A stretch of DNA of 64,000 bases from Methanomassiliicoccaceae archaeon (GTDB lineage Archaea; Thermoplasmatota; Thermoplasmata; Methanomassiliicoccales; Methanomassiliicoccaceae). Shown in pieces: positions 9,873-18,537 of this stretch. A program made the position numbers and the translations under genes. The DNA lies in the NCBI GenBank assembly GCA_963728405.1, contig CAVSJV010000007.1:224001-288000 (forward strand), given 5' to 3'. The notes beneath the pieces are model-generated. The model was not told the origin of the DNA and made no database searches. It worked only from the letters and a program-made list of their open reading frames with translations. Every line of letters begins with the position of its first letter. Position 1 is the first letter of the stretch.

Positions 9873-10912
9873 CCGTCCGCACCATCGACGGATGCATCAA
9901 ATGCGGGGCCTGCGTCCGCGAATGTCCGGTCCTGCGCCAGGAAGGACGAGAACGATTTCCCGGTCCCCGCCGACTCGCCGTGGAAGCCCCCCGCTTCAAC
10001 GCCGAACTGGCCGCGCTGCGCGATCCCCCTTTCCTGTGCACCACCTGTGCGCGCTGCAGCTCGGTATGCCCTTCGAGCTTGCCGTTGCCGGAGGCCCTGG
10101 TCCGAGTCCGCGCGCTCCAATGGGAAGGAAGCCGGCCAGAGGGCCAGCGGAGGCTGTTGGAGAACGTCGACCGGACCCTTCGGACCGTCCTGCTAGAGCA
10201 GGAGGGAGCGGCCGCTCCGGAAGAGGGGGACCTGGCCTTCTTCCCCGGATGCATCGCTCACGGCCGGCTTCCGGAGGAGACGGCGGCGTCCCTGGCTCTG
10301 TTGAGGGCATCGGGGGCCCGCCCCTATGTCCCGAAGGGCTGGGCCTGCTGCGGCTCCCCGCTGGAGAAGATCGGGGAGCGGGGCCGCCTGGAACGGGTCA
10401 GACAGACGAACCTCGAACTGCTCTCAGAAGTGGACGAGGTGGTAACCTCCTGTCCGGGCTGCACCGTCCAGTTGCGCAACGCTTACCACAAGGATGCTTG
10501 GCACATCCTGGAGTACCTTCACCGGACCGGGCTGCCAGATCGGGCCTTTGCCCCCCGCACCCCCCCGGTGAAGGTGACGCTCCATCGCCCCTGCCATCTT
10601 TCGAGGGTGGTCGGGCCCCACACCATGGACATGGCGCGGGAGCTGCTGGAGATGGTGCCCGGGGTCACCGTGGTGGAGCATGAGGGAGAGGACGAATGCT
10701 GCGGTGGGGGTGGGGGCGTGGCCTCATCCCGTCCCGAGGTGTCCGTGCGCATGGCCGAACGTAAATTGCGCTCGGCCAGGCGGTCGGGAGCGGACCTCCT
10801 GCTCGCCCCTTGCCCGTTCTGCGTTCTCAACCTCCGGCGGGCTGGCGGGATGGAGGTCCAGGAGTTATCGGTTTTCTTAGCTGGAATGCTCTTCCGGAGG
10901 GCTAAGTCATAA
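9869..10912 (+). CDS. glpC: GlpC/HdrD-like Fe-S protein (2x 4Fe-4S plus two CCG domains)
   Basis: CIKCGACVRECP, CTTCARCSSVCP, FPGC, WACCG, SCPGC, ECCGGGG, PCPFC; ATGA overlap with glpB. Confidence 0.85.
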   Translation: MTVRTIDGCIKCGACVRECPVLRQEGRERFPGPRRLAVEAPRFNAELAALRDPPFLCTTCARCSSVCPSSLPLPEALVRVRALQWEGSRPEGQRRLLENVDRTLRTVLLEQEGAAAPEEGDLAFFPGCIAHGRLPEETAASLALLRASGARPYVPKGWACCGSPLEKIGERGRLERVRQTNLELLSEVDEVVTSCPGCTVQLRNAYHKDAWHILEYLHRTGLPDRAFAPRTPPVKVTLHRPCHLSRVVGPHTMDMARELLEMVPGVTVVEHEGEDECCGGGGGVASSRPEVSVRMAERKLRSARRSGADLLLAPCPFCVLNLRRAGGMEVQELSVFLAGMLFRRAKS

Positions 10913-10937
10913 ATACGTACATCGCCTGTGCGGACCG

Positions 10938-11150
10938 TTGAACAAAGACCAGTATCTATGTTTTTCCTGCTTGTATGTGGACAAGCGGCCCGAGGCCGGA
11001 GTGAACGAGGGCCTTATCTACTGCCAGAAGAAAAAGCTGGTAGTGAGGCCCAAGCTCCAGTGCGACGTCTATGTCCGCGCCACCGCCCAGAACCGTGAGA
11101 GCTTCAAGGCATCCATCTACGGGACCATCGAAGCTGAAGAATTCGAGTGA
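10938..11150 (+). CDS. Small cysteine-rich hypothetical protein (70 aa)
   Basis: CFSC...YC...C spacing; fills the gap and converges on the RAD55-like gene. Confidence 0.6.
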   Translation: MNKDQYLCFSCLYVDKRPEAGVNEGLIYCQKKKLVVRPKLQCDVYVRATAQNRESFKASIYGTIEAEEFE

Positions 11151-11151
11151 T

Positions 11152-11832
11152 CTAGCGCCATTCCAATAGTGACGGTCCGCCTCCAGTGTGGACCTGTTTG
11201 ATCTCGAAGGGGATCCACTGCGACGAGGTGATGCAGCCCCGCATGTTGCGTATGCGCATGCGCCGGTTCAGCTCCTCATCGAACCGTAGCTCCAGCACAC
11301 CGTCGGCGATGGCCATCAAGTGATTCACGGTCCGTTCGTCATGCACGCCCTCGTGAACGGTGAAGAAGGCCGTCCCGAACTCGGTGCGTATGCGCGAGGA
11401 CGAGATCTGGAAGAACTTCAGCACAACGTTGGACTGATTATAGAGGAACAACGTTGAAAGGGAGTGGACCACGATCTTCACCGGCCGGGTGGTGCTGCTG
11501 GCCAGGGTGGAGATGTTGAACATGATGCCCTCCAGGTCGGAGACCTTCCTGATCTCGGTCCCCTGGCAGTTGGTGGAGTTATCGAACGAGCCCAGGAGCG
11601 AGGAATGGTAGTCGATGATGAACATGTTCCTGCCCAGCACCTCACGGTCCACGCCGAACGAGGTCATAATATCCAAGAGATCGGACGGCAGCAGGTCCAC
11701 GGTGACGAAGATGACCAGATTGTCCGACTCCATCCAGTCCTTGGCGATACTGACCGCGAACTCCAGCATACCGATGCCGGGGCTGCCGATCATCAGCATG
11801 GACGAATACTCGGGAAAGGTGGCCTTTATCAT
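11152..11832 (-). CDS. Single-domain KaiC/RAD55-family protein with a degenerate Walker A
   Basis: GSPGIGMLEF (Lys replaced by Met), VVHSLSTL, IADGVLEL...RRMRIRNMRG. Confidence 0.82.
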   Translation of the reverse strand: MIKATFPEYSSMLMIGSPGIGMLEFAVSIAKDWMESDNLVIFVTVDLLPSDLLDIMTSFGVDREVLGRNMFIIDYHSSLLGSFDNSTNCQGTEIRKVSDLEGIMFNISTLASSTTRPVKIVVHSLSTLFLYNQSNVVLKFFQISSSRIRTEFGTAFFTVHEGVHDERTVNHLMAIADGVLELRFDEELNRRMRIRNMRGCITSSQWIPFEIKQVHTGGGPSLLEWR

Positions 11833-11841
11833 ATGGGCACC

Positions 11842-13320
11842 TCAGAGTATTGGGGTGAGGGAGACATTGCTTCCTGCCTCCTTCTTCTCAAAATGAAGGG
11901 CATAGCACTCGGTGAACGGCTCCTCGCCGTACAGCAGAATGGTCCCTCCGATGCGGTCGATCCTCAGGCGGGTGGTGGCCAGATCGGCCAACCTGCTGGT
12001 GGATGAACTGGACGGCGGGGTCATGGCCACGAATATGCCGTTGTTCCTCCTCACCAGCGCGAGGAAGTCCATCAGTTGGTCGCAGATATCGCTGCCGTAC
12101 AGCGATTGCATGGTATCGAAACCCATCATCGACAGGATCGGCTTCTTGGACGAGTTGAGCGAGAACTCGATGTTCTGCCACTTGAAGTCGAAGAAGGCGT
12201 TCGCCCCTTCGATCGGCAGCACGAACGGATCGCCCACAGAGGTCATCTGGTCCGCTTTCTCCGGTATCCGGACCAGGCGGTCGAACTCCTGCTCCGGCAC
12301 GGCCTTGGTGATCCTGGACCGGGCACTGTCCGCCGACGCTTTCCTTAGCGGGACCCACAGTACTCCTCTTCCCAGGGCGATGAAGTTCGTGACCAGGGCC
12401 GATTCCAGGGCGGTGCTGACGGCGGTGGGGACGCCATGGCCCAGTTCGATGAGCGTGATGGAACCTCGCTCCAACCCTCCGTTGAGCGAAAGGTCCAGGT
12501 CCCGGATGCCGCAGGAGACCCGGTCGTTGATGTCATCGATGGGCTTCCACATGGTCTTCTGTATCTGGGATTCCAGCACCCGCTGATAGCCGAAGGTCTG
12601 GATCCTCCCTCCGTCCAGGGTAAATATGTATTTAGGCTGCTGGATCTCGCATCCTCTTAACTTTAGGATCTCAAGCTCGCGCAGCCGGCGGCGATTGTAC
12701 TCGGTGCAGGAGAAGTTGATGACCCCGTCCCCGAGGTAGTCGAGGTCCATGTTGCTGTTCTCAAGTACGAACAGCACGTTGGAGCCGTAGCCCTCCACGA
12801 TGTCGTACTGGATGGTGGATAGTAATCTTGAGCAGGTTAGATTGTACTTCTCGGCAAGGGCGTCGATGGAATCGATCACGACCAAGCTCTTGTCCGGGAG
12901 GTTCTTCTCGATGCCTCTGTAAAGGCCTTCCAGCTCTCCTAGGTCTTTCCCAATGGAGATGGCCAGCTCGCCCCCTTTGGCAAACTCCAGAGGGGCGTTC
13001 TTTATGCCCTTGAGATTGCTGAGTCCGATACGGCGGACGGCTGGACCCTTGTTCTGGTGAAGGTCGGAAAAACTGTCGGAACGTTCGATGCTGTCCATCT
13101 TATCCTTGAGCCAGTCGAACTGGGTCAGCAGGGACATGTCCGATACTCGGGTGGAATGATAGAAGCTCTTCTCGATCGCCGAGAGCTCCTCGATGGTCTG
13201 CAGGGCGAACGTGGTCTTGCCGGTACCGGCGTTCCCCCGCACGATCAGGGAATGCCCGCCCGGATTGGTGAAGAACTGGTAGACCTCGGTCGGTATCTTT
13301 ATCTTAGGTTCCTTCTCCAT
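11842..13320 (-). CDS. Double-domain KaiC/GvpD-like P-loop ATPase
   Basis: GNAGTGKT, VIDSIDAL, YLGDGVI, LEILKLRG; the second domain (SCGIRDLDLSLNGG) lacks a Walker A. Confidence 0.88.
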   Translation of the reverse strand: MEKEPKIKIPTEVYQFFTNPGGHSLIVRGNAGTGKTTFALQTIEELSAIEKSFYHSTRVSDMSLLTQFDWLKDKMDSIERSDSFSDLHQNKGPAVRRIGLSNLKGIKNAPLEFAKGGELAISIGKDLGELEGLYRGIEKNLPDKSLVVIDSIDALAEKYNLTCSRLLSTIQYDIVEGYGSNVLFVLENSNMDLDYLGDGVINFSCTEYNRRRLRELEILKLRGCEIQQPKYIFTLDGGRIQTFGYQRVLESQIQKTMWKPIDDINDRVSCGIRDLDLSLNGGLERGSITLIELGHGVPTAVSTALESALVTNFIALGRGVLWVPLRKASADSARSRITKAVPEQEFDRLVRIPEKADQMTSVGDPFVLPIEGANAFFDFKWQNIEFSLNSSKKPILSMMGFDTMQSLYGSDICDQLMDFLALVRRNNGIFVAMTPPSSSSTSRLADLATTRLRIDRIGGTILLYGEEPFTECYALHFEKKEAGSNVSLTPIL

Positions 13321-13500
13321 TAGATGGCCTCCCCGAATATCATCGAGACGATGGATAAAAATCCGATAGGGCTGGTTTATATCTTTGCCGCAGATTACGA
13401 TTAGTGATAACAGGAATGGGGCTGGCATAGAGATGTCTGGATGAAACCGGGACAAAAAGGTTATGAGGGACTAGTTAAATCGAGTATTGGAGGAAGCAGG

Positions 13501-14694
13501 TTGAAGGCGGTAGTGCTTGCGGCGGGAGAGGGGACCAGGTTACGCCCTTTTACGATGTCAAAGCCCAAGGGCATGATACCGGTGGGCAACCGGCCGATCC
13601 TCGAGTATATCGTGGAGGCCCTTGTTCAGAACGGGGTCAAGGACATCATAATGGTGGTCGGTTATCACAAGGACACCATACTTTCACAATTCGAGGACGG
13701 GCGCCGTTACGGCGCCCGCATCCAATATGTCACCCAGGACAAGCAGTTGGGAACTGCTCACGCCCTTAGCCTGGCGTCCAAGTACCTGGACGAGGAAGGA
13801 TTCGTGACCGTGGCAGGGGACAACCTTATCGATGCTCAGCTGATCGCTGATCTCCTGGAAAAGAAGGAAGGTCCCTCCCTGGTGGTGACCGAGAGTGAGA
13901 TACCATCCAAGTACGGCGTGGTTAAGATCGAGAACGGTAAGATATTGGACATCGTGGAGAAGCCGGACTGGAAGATGGGAAACATCATCAACACCGGGGT
14001 CTACTACTTCACCAGTGATCTCATGCGGTTCTTCAAGGACCAGGTGTTCAAGGCCGAGAGAGGCATCACCCAGACCCTCGCCCCGATCATTCGCAAGCTG
14101 GACTTCACGGCCGTACAGACCCGGGGAAAATGGATCGATGCAGTTTATCCCTGGGACCTCCTGGGAGTGAATGCGGCGGCTTTGGAGTTCCAGGGACAGG
14201 GCATCAACGGTACGGTCGAGAACGGGGTCACCATCAAGGGACCGGTGTCCATCGGGGCCGGTACTCGGATACGGTCGGGCTGCTATATCGAAGGGCCGGT
14301 GAGCATCGGAGAGGGCTGCGATATCGGACCTTACGTGACCATTCTCCCTTCTACCAGCATCGGTAACGGCGTTCAAGTGGAACCCTTCACCTATGTGGCC
14401 AACTGCCTGGTGATGAGCAGTGTGCGGATCGGTTCGCATTCTCATCTTTCTCACTCGGTCATCGATGACGGTGTGAAGACCAAGGCGGGGACCTTTGCCC
14501 CCTCGGGATGTTGCTATGCTCGGGTGGACCGGGAGCTGTTCAAGCTCTCCGATATCGGTGCGCTCATCGGGGCCGACACGACGATAGGCTCCCGAGTGGT
14601 CATAGCCTCGGGCTCCGTCATCGGCACAGGATGCCGCATCGAGGACGGCGTGAAGGTAAGCGGAAATCTGGACAATCGGAGCGTCGTGGTCTGA
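13501..14694 (+). CDS. glmU: Bifunctional sugar-1-phosphate nucleotidylyltransferase/acetyltransferase (archaeal GlmU-like)
   Basis: LAAGEGTRLRP...PK, LGTAHA, IVEKP, and C-terminal hexapeptide repeats. TTG start after GGAGG; directly upstream of glmS. Confidence 0.88.
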   Translation: MKAVVLAAGEGTRLRPFTMSKPKGMIPVGNRPILEYIVEALVQNGVKDIIMVVGYHKDTILSQFEDGRRYGARIQYVTQDKQLGTAHALSLASKYLDEEGFVTVAGDNLIDAQLIADLLEKKEGPSLVVTESEIPSKYGVVKIENGKILDIVEKPDWKMGNIINTGVYYFTSDLMRFFKDQVFKAERGITQTLAPIIRKLDFTAVQTRGKWIDAVYPWDLLGVNAAALEFQGQGINGTVENGVTIKGPVSIGAGTRIRSGCYIEGPVSIGEGCDIGPYVTILPSTSIGNGVQVEPFTYVANCLVMSSVRIGSHSHLSHSVIDDGVKTKAGTFAPSGCCYARVDRELFKLSDIGALIGADTTIGSRVVIASGSVIGTGCRIEDGVKVSGNLDNRSVVV

Positions 14695-14695
14695 G

Positions 14696-16486
14696 ATGTG
14701 CGGGATCATAGGGTATGCGGGCCCCCGGAACGCGGAGGAAGTGCTCCTCGATGGACTAAAAAGGCTGGAGTACAGAGGCTATGACTCAGCGGGCATCGCC
14801 ATAGCGGGCAGCAAGCTGGAGATATTCAAGGACAAAGGCGAGATATCCAAGATGGCTGCCACTATGCCCAGCTTGCGAGGGCACCTCGGGGTCGGCCACA
14901 CCAGGTGGGCGACCTGCGGAAAACCTTCCAAGCTGAACGCCCATCCCTTCCTCGATTGCACCGGTAAGATGGCGGTGGTGCACAACGGCATCATAGAGAA
15001 TTACCTGGCCTTGAGGAAGAAGCTCAAGGACGAGGGCCACGTGTTCACCTCCGAGACGGACACCGAAGTGCTGGTCCACCTGCTCGAGAAGCATTACCGG
15101 GGCGATCTGCATGCCGCGCTGGTCGAGACGCTGAAGGAGATCAAGGGAACCTACGCGGTGGTGGCCATCCGGGCCGACCGCAATGAACTGGTCGCCGCGC
15201 GGAAAGAGAACCCCCTGGTGGTCGGACTGGGCGTCGGAGAGAATATCATCGCCTCCGATGTCACGGCCATGCTCAACTACACCAACAAGGCCGTCTACAT
15301 AATGGACGGCGAGACCGTGGTTCTCGGCTCCGGCAAGGTCTCCATATATGATCGGCAAGGCGCGGAGGTCCGCCGGGAGCCGTCTATGATCACATGGACG
15401 GTGGAGGACGCTCAGAAGGGCGGGTTCGAGCATTACATGCTCAAGGAGATATTCGAGCAGCCGACCGCTATCCATAACTCCCTCCTGGGTAGCCTGGATG
15501 AGCTGGAATCAGGTAACTTGATGATCGATCAGGACGTCTCATCGGTAAAGTTGGTAGCCTGCGGGACTTCCTATCATGCGTCGATGGTGGGCAAGTACAT
15601 CATCGAGCAACTGGCCAAGGTCCCCACCACCGTGGAGCTGGCATCAGAGTACCGCTATTCGCCAGGCACTGGAGAGAACCCCCTGACCGTCCTGCTGACT
15701 CAGTCTGGAGAGACGGCCGACACCCTGGCCGCGGCCAGAGAGGCCCGCCGCAGGGGCTGCCGCACCCTGGCCGTCACCAACGTGGTCGGAAGCACCATCG
15801 CCCGCGAGGTCGACAGCGTGTTCTACACCAAGGCAGGCCCTGAGATCGGGGTCGCGGCCACCAAGACCTATACGACCCAGCTGATCTCCATGTATCTCTT
15901 GGGTATTCGCCTGGGACAGCTGCGTCACAAGATGGCCCGCGATGAGGTCCGGGAGCTGGCCTCCGAGCTCAGAGGCATGCCCCGCTACATCCGGAAGGTG
16001 CTGGACCTTGCCCATGAGGTGGATGCGGCCGCCGACATGCTCGTCCCTGCCAGGGATGTGTTCTTCCTCGGTCGGAACATCAACTATCCCACCATGTTGG
16101 AGGGCGCCCTCAAGCTCAAGGAGATATCCTACATTCACGCCGAAGGCTATGCCGCCGGCGAGCTGAAGCACGGCCCCCTGGCGTTACTGGACGCGTCCAC
16201 CCCAGTGGTGGCGGCGTGCGTTCGGGACCACACCTACGAGAAGATGCTGGCCAACATATCAGAGGTCGCCGCCCGGGACAGCCCCATACTTGGCATCGGG
16301 ATCGAGGGCGACACCGAGCTGGCGGCGGTGGCCGATTCAACGGTCTTCATCCCCAAGGTCTTTCCCATCCTTTCCCCGGTACCTCTGACGGTCATGGTGC
16401 AGCTGATCGCCTACTACACGGCCAAGAAGAGAGGATGCCCCATCGACAAGCCCCGGAACCTGGCCAAGAGCGTCACCGTCGATTAA
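14696..16486 (+). CDS. glmS: Glutamine--fructose-6-phosphate transaminase (isomerizing)
   Basis: MCGIIG, LEYRGYDSAG, GHTRWAT, QSGETADT, ELKHGP, PRNLAKSVTV. Confidence 0.98.
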   Translation: MCGIIGYAGPRNAEEVLLDGLKRLEYRGYDSAGIAIAGSKLEIFKDKGEISKMAATMPSLRGHLGVGHTRWATCGKPSKLNAHPFLDCTGKMAVVHNGIIENYLALRKKLKDEGHVFTSETDTEVLVHLLEKHYRGDLHAALVETLKEIKGTYAVVAIRADRNELVAARKENPLVVGLGVGENIIASDVTAMLNYTNKAVYIMDGETVVLGSGKVSIYDRQGAEVRREPSMITWTVEDAQKGGFEHYMLKEIFEQPTAIHNSLLGSLDELESGNLMIDQDVSSVKLVACGTSYHASMVGKYIIEQLAKVPTTVELASEYRYSPGTGENPLTVLLTQSGETADTLAAAREARRRGCRTLAVTNVVGSTIAREVDSVFYTKAGPEIGVAATKTYTTQLISMYLLGIRLGQLRHKMARDEVRELASELRGMPRYIRKVLDLAHEVDAAADMLVPARDVFFLGRNINYPTMLEGALKLKEISYIHAEGYAAGELKHGPLALLDASTPVVAACVRDHTYEKMLANISEVAARDSPILGIGIEGDTELAAVADSTVFIPKVFPILSPVPLTVMVQLIAYYTAKKRGCPIDKPRNLAKSVTVD

Positions 16487-17457
16487 TCCAGCCTCTCGGG
16501 GCAAGCGTCCCTTCGTGAGCAGGAGCGGCATTTACCCGGCCGGTCGTGGTCGCGATGAGCCTCTCCGGATGATATCGCCATCCTCATCTCCGCCAGTTTC
16601 GTCAGCAGCAGGGACCGGAGGTTCTGGTCGAACTCGATGACGTGCTCGACCTCCCCGTACCTGAGGATGCCGTAGCTCACCCTGCCCTCCTGCTCCATGA
16701 GGAGGCAGTATGCAGCCAGCTGTATGATGTGCGAGAACAGCGGCCCGCGGGGGACCCGCCCGGTCTTCACCTCTACCGGGACAAGCTCGCCATCTATCTC
16801 CAAGATATAGTCCGGCCTGCCGGCCAGTTGGTGTTCCTCGGACCTAAGGGTCCGGGGCTCTCCGCCCTCCCCGATGTAGGCGATGCGTCCCTTGACATTG
16901 AAGGACTCCCTGATCTTCCTAGCTCCCTCCGCCTGCGCCTGGGACAGGTAAAGGGCCAGGGAGGCTGCCATCAGTAGCAGCAGAGCGACGGCCTCGGCTA
17001 GCAACCCCTGGTCCTGGCTGAACCCGAAGATAGGGACGGCGTTGAGGGCCAGGACCATCGCCAGGATCGCGAGGACACCGATCCACAGCTCGCTCTTCTC
17101 CCGGTCCCAGGGGGCCCTGGTCCGGGCCGAGTTGTAGAGAACGGTGATGGCCAGCAGGATCCATAGCAGAGCGAGAACGCTGAGGGCCCTGGCTCGAAGC
17201 AGAACATCGGTGGAAGCGAAGACGAAAAGCCCGATCAGGGCCAGGGCGGTGGCGACCACCGACGATGCGATGACCAGGCGCTCATACTGCGATGCCCGGC
17301 GCTCTTGGCGAACAATGCCCCGGAGCTCAGATGCCATCCGATCATGGCGTTGGCGGCCTTGGTCAAGGCCTTCCTCGCAGACCTCGTTGTCCCGAAGCTG
17401 CCAGCTCAGGGGACAGTAACAGAACTTTTCGAGGTCTCCCGCGGAGATTCCTGCCAT
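16483..17457 (-). CDS. Stand-alone Cas4/Dna2-like PD-(D/E)XK nuclease with about four inserted transmembrane helices
   Basis: FCYCP, GRQRH, a hydrophobic insert, GRPD, VEVKT, QLAAY, and CRSC-x5-C. No CRISPR array or other cas genes in the window. Confidence 0.85.
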   Translation of the reverse strand: MAGISAGDLEKFCYCPLSWQLRDNEVCEEGLDQGRQRHDRMASELRGIVRQERRASQYERLVIASSVVATALALIGLFVFASTDVLLRARALSVLALLWILLAITVLYNSARTRAPWDREKSELWIGVLAILAMVLALNAVPIFGFSQDQGLLAEAVALLLLMAASLALYLSQAQAEGARKIRESFNVKGRIAYIGEGGEPRTLRSEEHQLAGRPDYILEIDGELVPVEVKTGRVPRGPLFSHIIQLAAYCLLMEQEGRVSYGILRYGEVEHVIEFDQNLRSLLLTKLAEMRMAISSGEAHRDHDRPGKCRSCSRRDACPERLD

Positions 17458-17521
17458 GGGGCGGGAATGGGGGCGAGCCTATCTATTGGTACCTACCTGA
17501 TATCGTCTGACCCGGAATAGC

Positions 17522-18328
17522 TCAGACCTGATCATTGATGATCTCTTCGGGGCAGAAGTCCCCGCCACCGGACGCCCGCTCGCAATCCATGTTGCACAGA
17601 CAGGCGTCGATGATCTCGATGCCAGGCGGACAATCGACCTCTTCGACATGCCCGAACCAGTAGACCACTAGGCCATGACCGAACATCTCAACATATTGGC
17701 TGAGCTGTCCGCGGATGTTCTTGTTGAACTCGATGCGGTCGCCGAAGGAGGCCTTGGACTCGATCCAGTTGAGCGTCCACCCATTGACCTTCAATGGCTC
17801 ATCGAGCAGGCAGTCGGGGGTCTTGGTGAACTTGCCCCGGAGGTCCTTCTCGGTGCGGTAGGTGATGTTGTGGGCGTTGAGCCACTCCTGAAGTTTGGTC
17901 TCTCCCCAGGTTCCTCGTTTGTACTGGACATCGTTCCCCCAGGGTGAGTAGATGGTATCGGCCTCGGTGATCTCGATGATCTCCCGCTTGGTGCGGGGAT
18001 TGGCGATGCACTCCGGCTCGCGGACATATTTCCAGAACTCCTTCTTGGAGTACCCATCCTCCTGGAACAGCAACAGGCCAGTGAGGATGGGGGGAAAATT
18101 CCACTTGTCGGAGATCTCCAGGAGACTGATCCCGGACCTCCAATCCCTCAGCAAACGGGGGGCGTTCCTTTTGACCACATGATAGTGCTTGGTAGCTTCA
18201 CGTACCGTCCTTTGGGTGTAGATGACGTTGAGAAGCTCTTCATCAAGACCGGTCTGTTTTGACAGGGCTTTCACATCTCTATGTGTGTTTAGCCGATCAT
18301 AAAGGGTCTTGAACTCTTCAAATTTCAT
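17522..18328 (-). CDS. TPD-domain protein, homolog of eukaryotic C15orf41/CDIN1 (restriction-endonuclease-like)
   Basis: TEKDLR...KTPDCLL...NWIESKASFGD...QLSQY...FGHGLVVYWFG. Confidence 0.85.
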   Translation of the reverse strand: MKFEEFKTLYDRLNTHRDVKALSKQTGLDEELLNVIYTQRTVREATKHYHVVKRNAPRLLRDWRSGISLLEISDKWNFPPILTGLLLFQEDGYSKKEFWKYVREPECIANPRTKREIIEITEADTIYSPWGNDVQYKRGTWGETKLQEWLNAHNITYRTEKDLRGKFTKTPDCLLDEPLKVNGWTLNWIESKASFGDRIEFNKNIRGQLSQYVEMFGHGLVVYWFGHVEEVDCPPGIEIIDACLCNMDCERASGGGDFCPEEIINDQV

Positions 18329-18537
18329 ATGAACTTCGACCTATCGATTCGATTATGAGGTTCGTAAAACCTGCCATGTCTTAAATATATCGACAACAAC
18401 AACATGGACCACATGTTATCGGTATCTCCATAGATAATGTTTTTCTATAGGCATGACAGGTATGGATAGATTATATATCACGGAGGGGTATTTAGCGTCA
18501 TCCGAATTATTTATCCAGACTTGTGAAGAGGGATAGC

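Noticed and set aside
11842-13320. Gas vesicle or circadian clock system
   Set aside because: No gvpA/gvpN or kaiB nearby; the GvpD/KaiC label reflects the fold only.
16483-17457. CRISPR-Cas locus suggested by the Cas4-like gene
   Set aside because: No repeat-spacer array and no cas1, cas2 or effector gene anywhere in the window.
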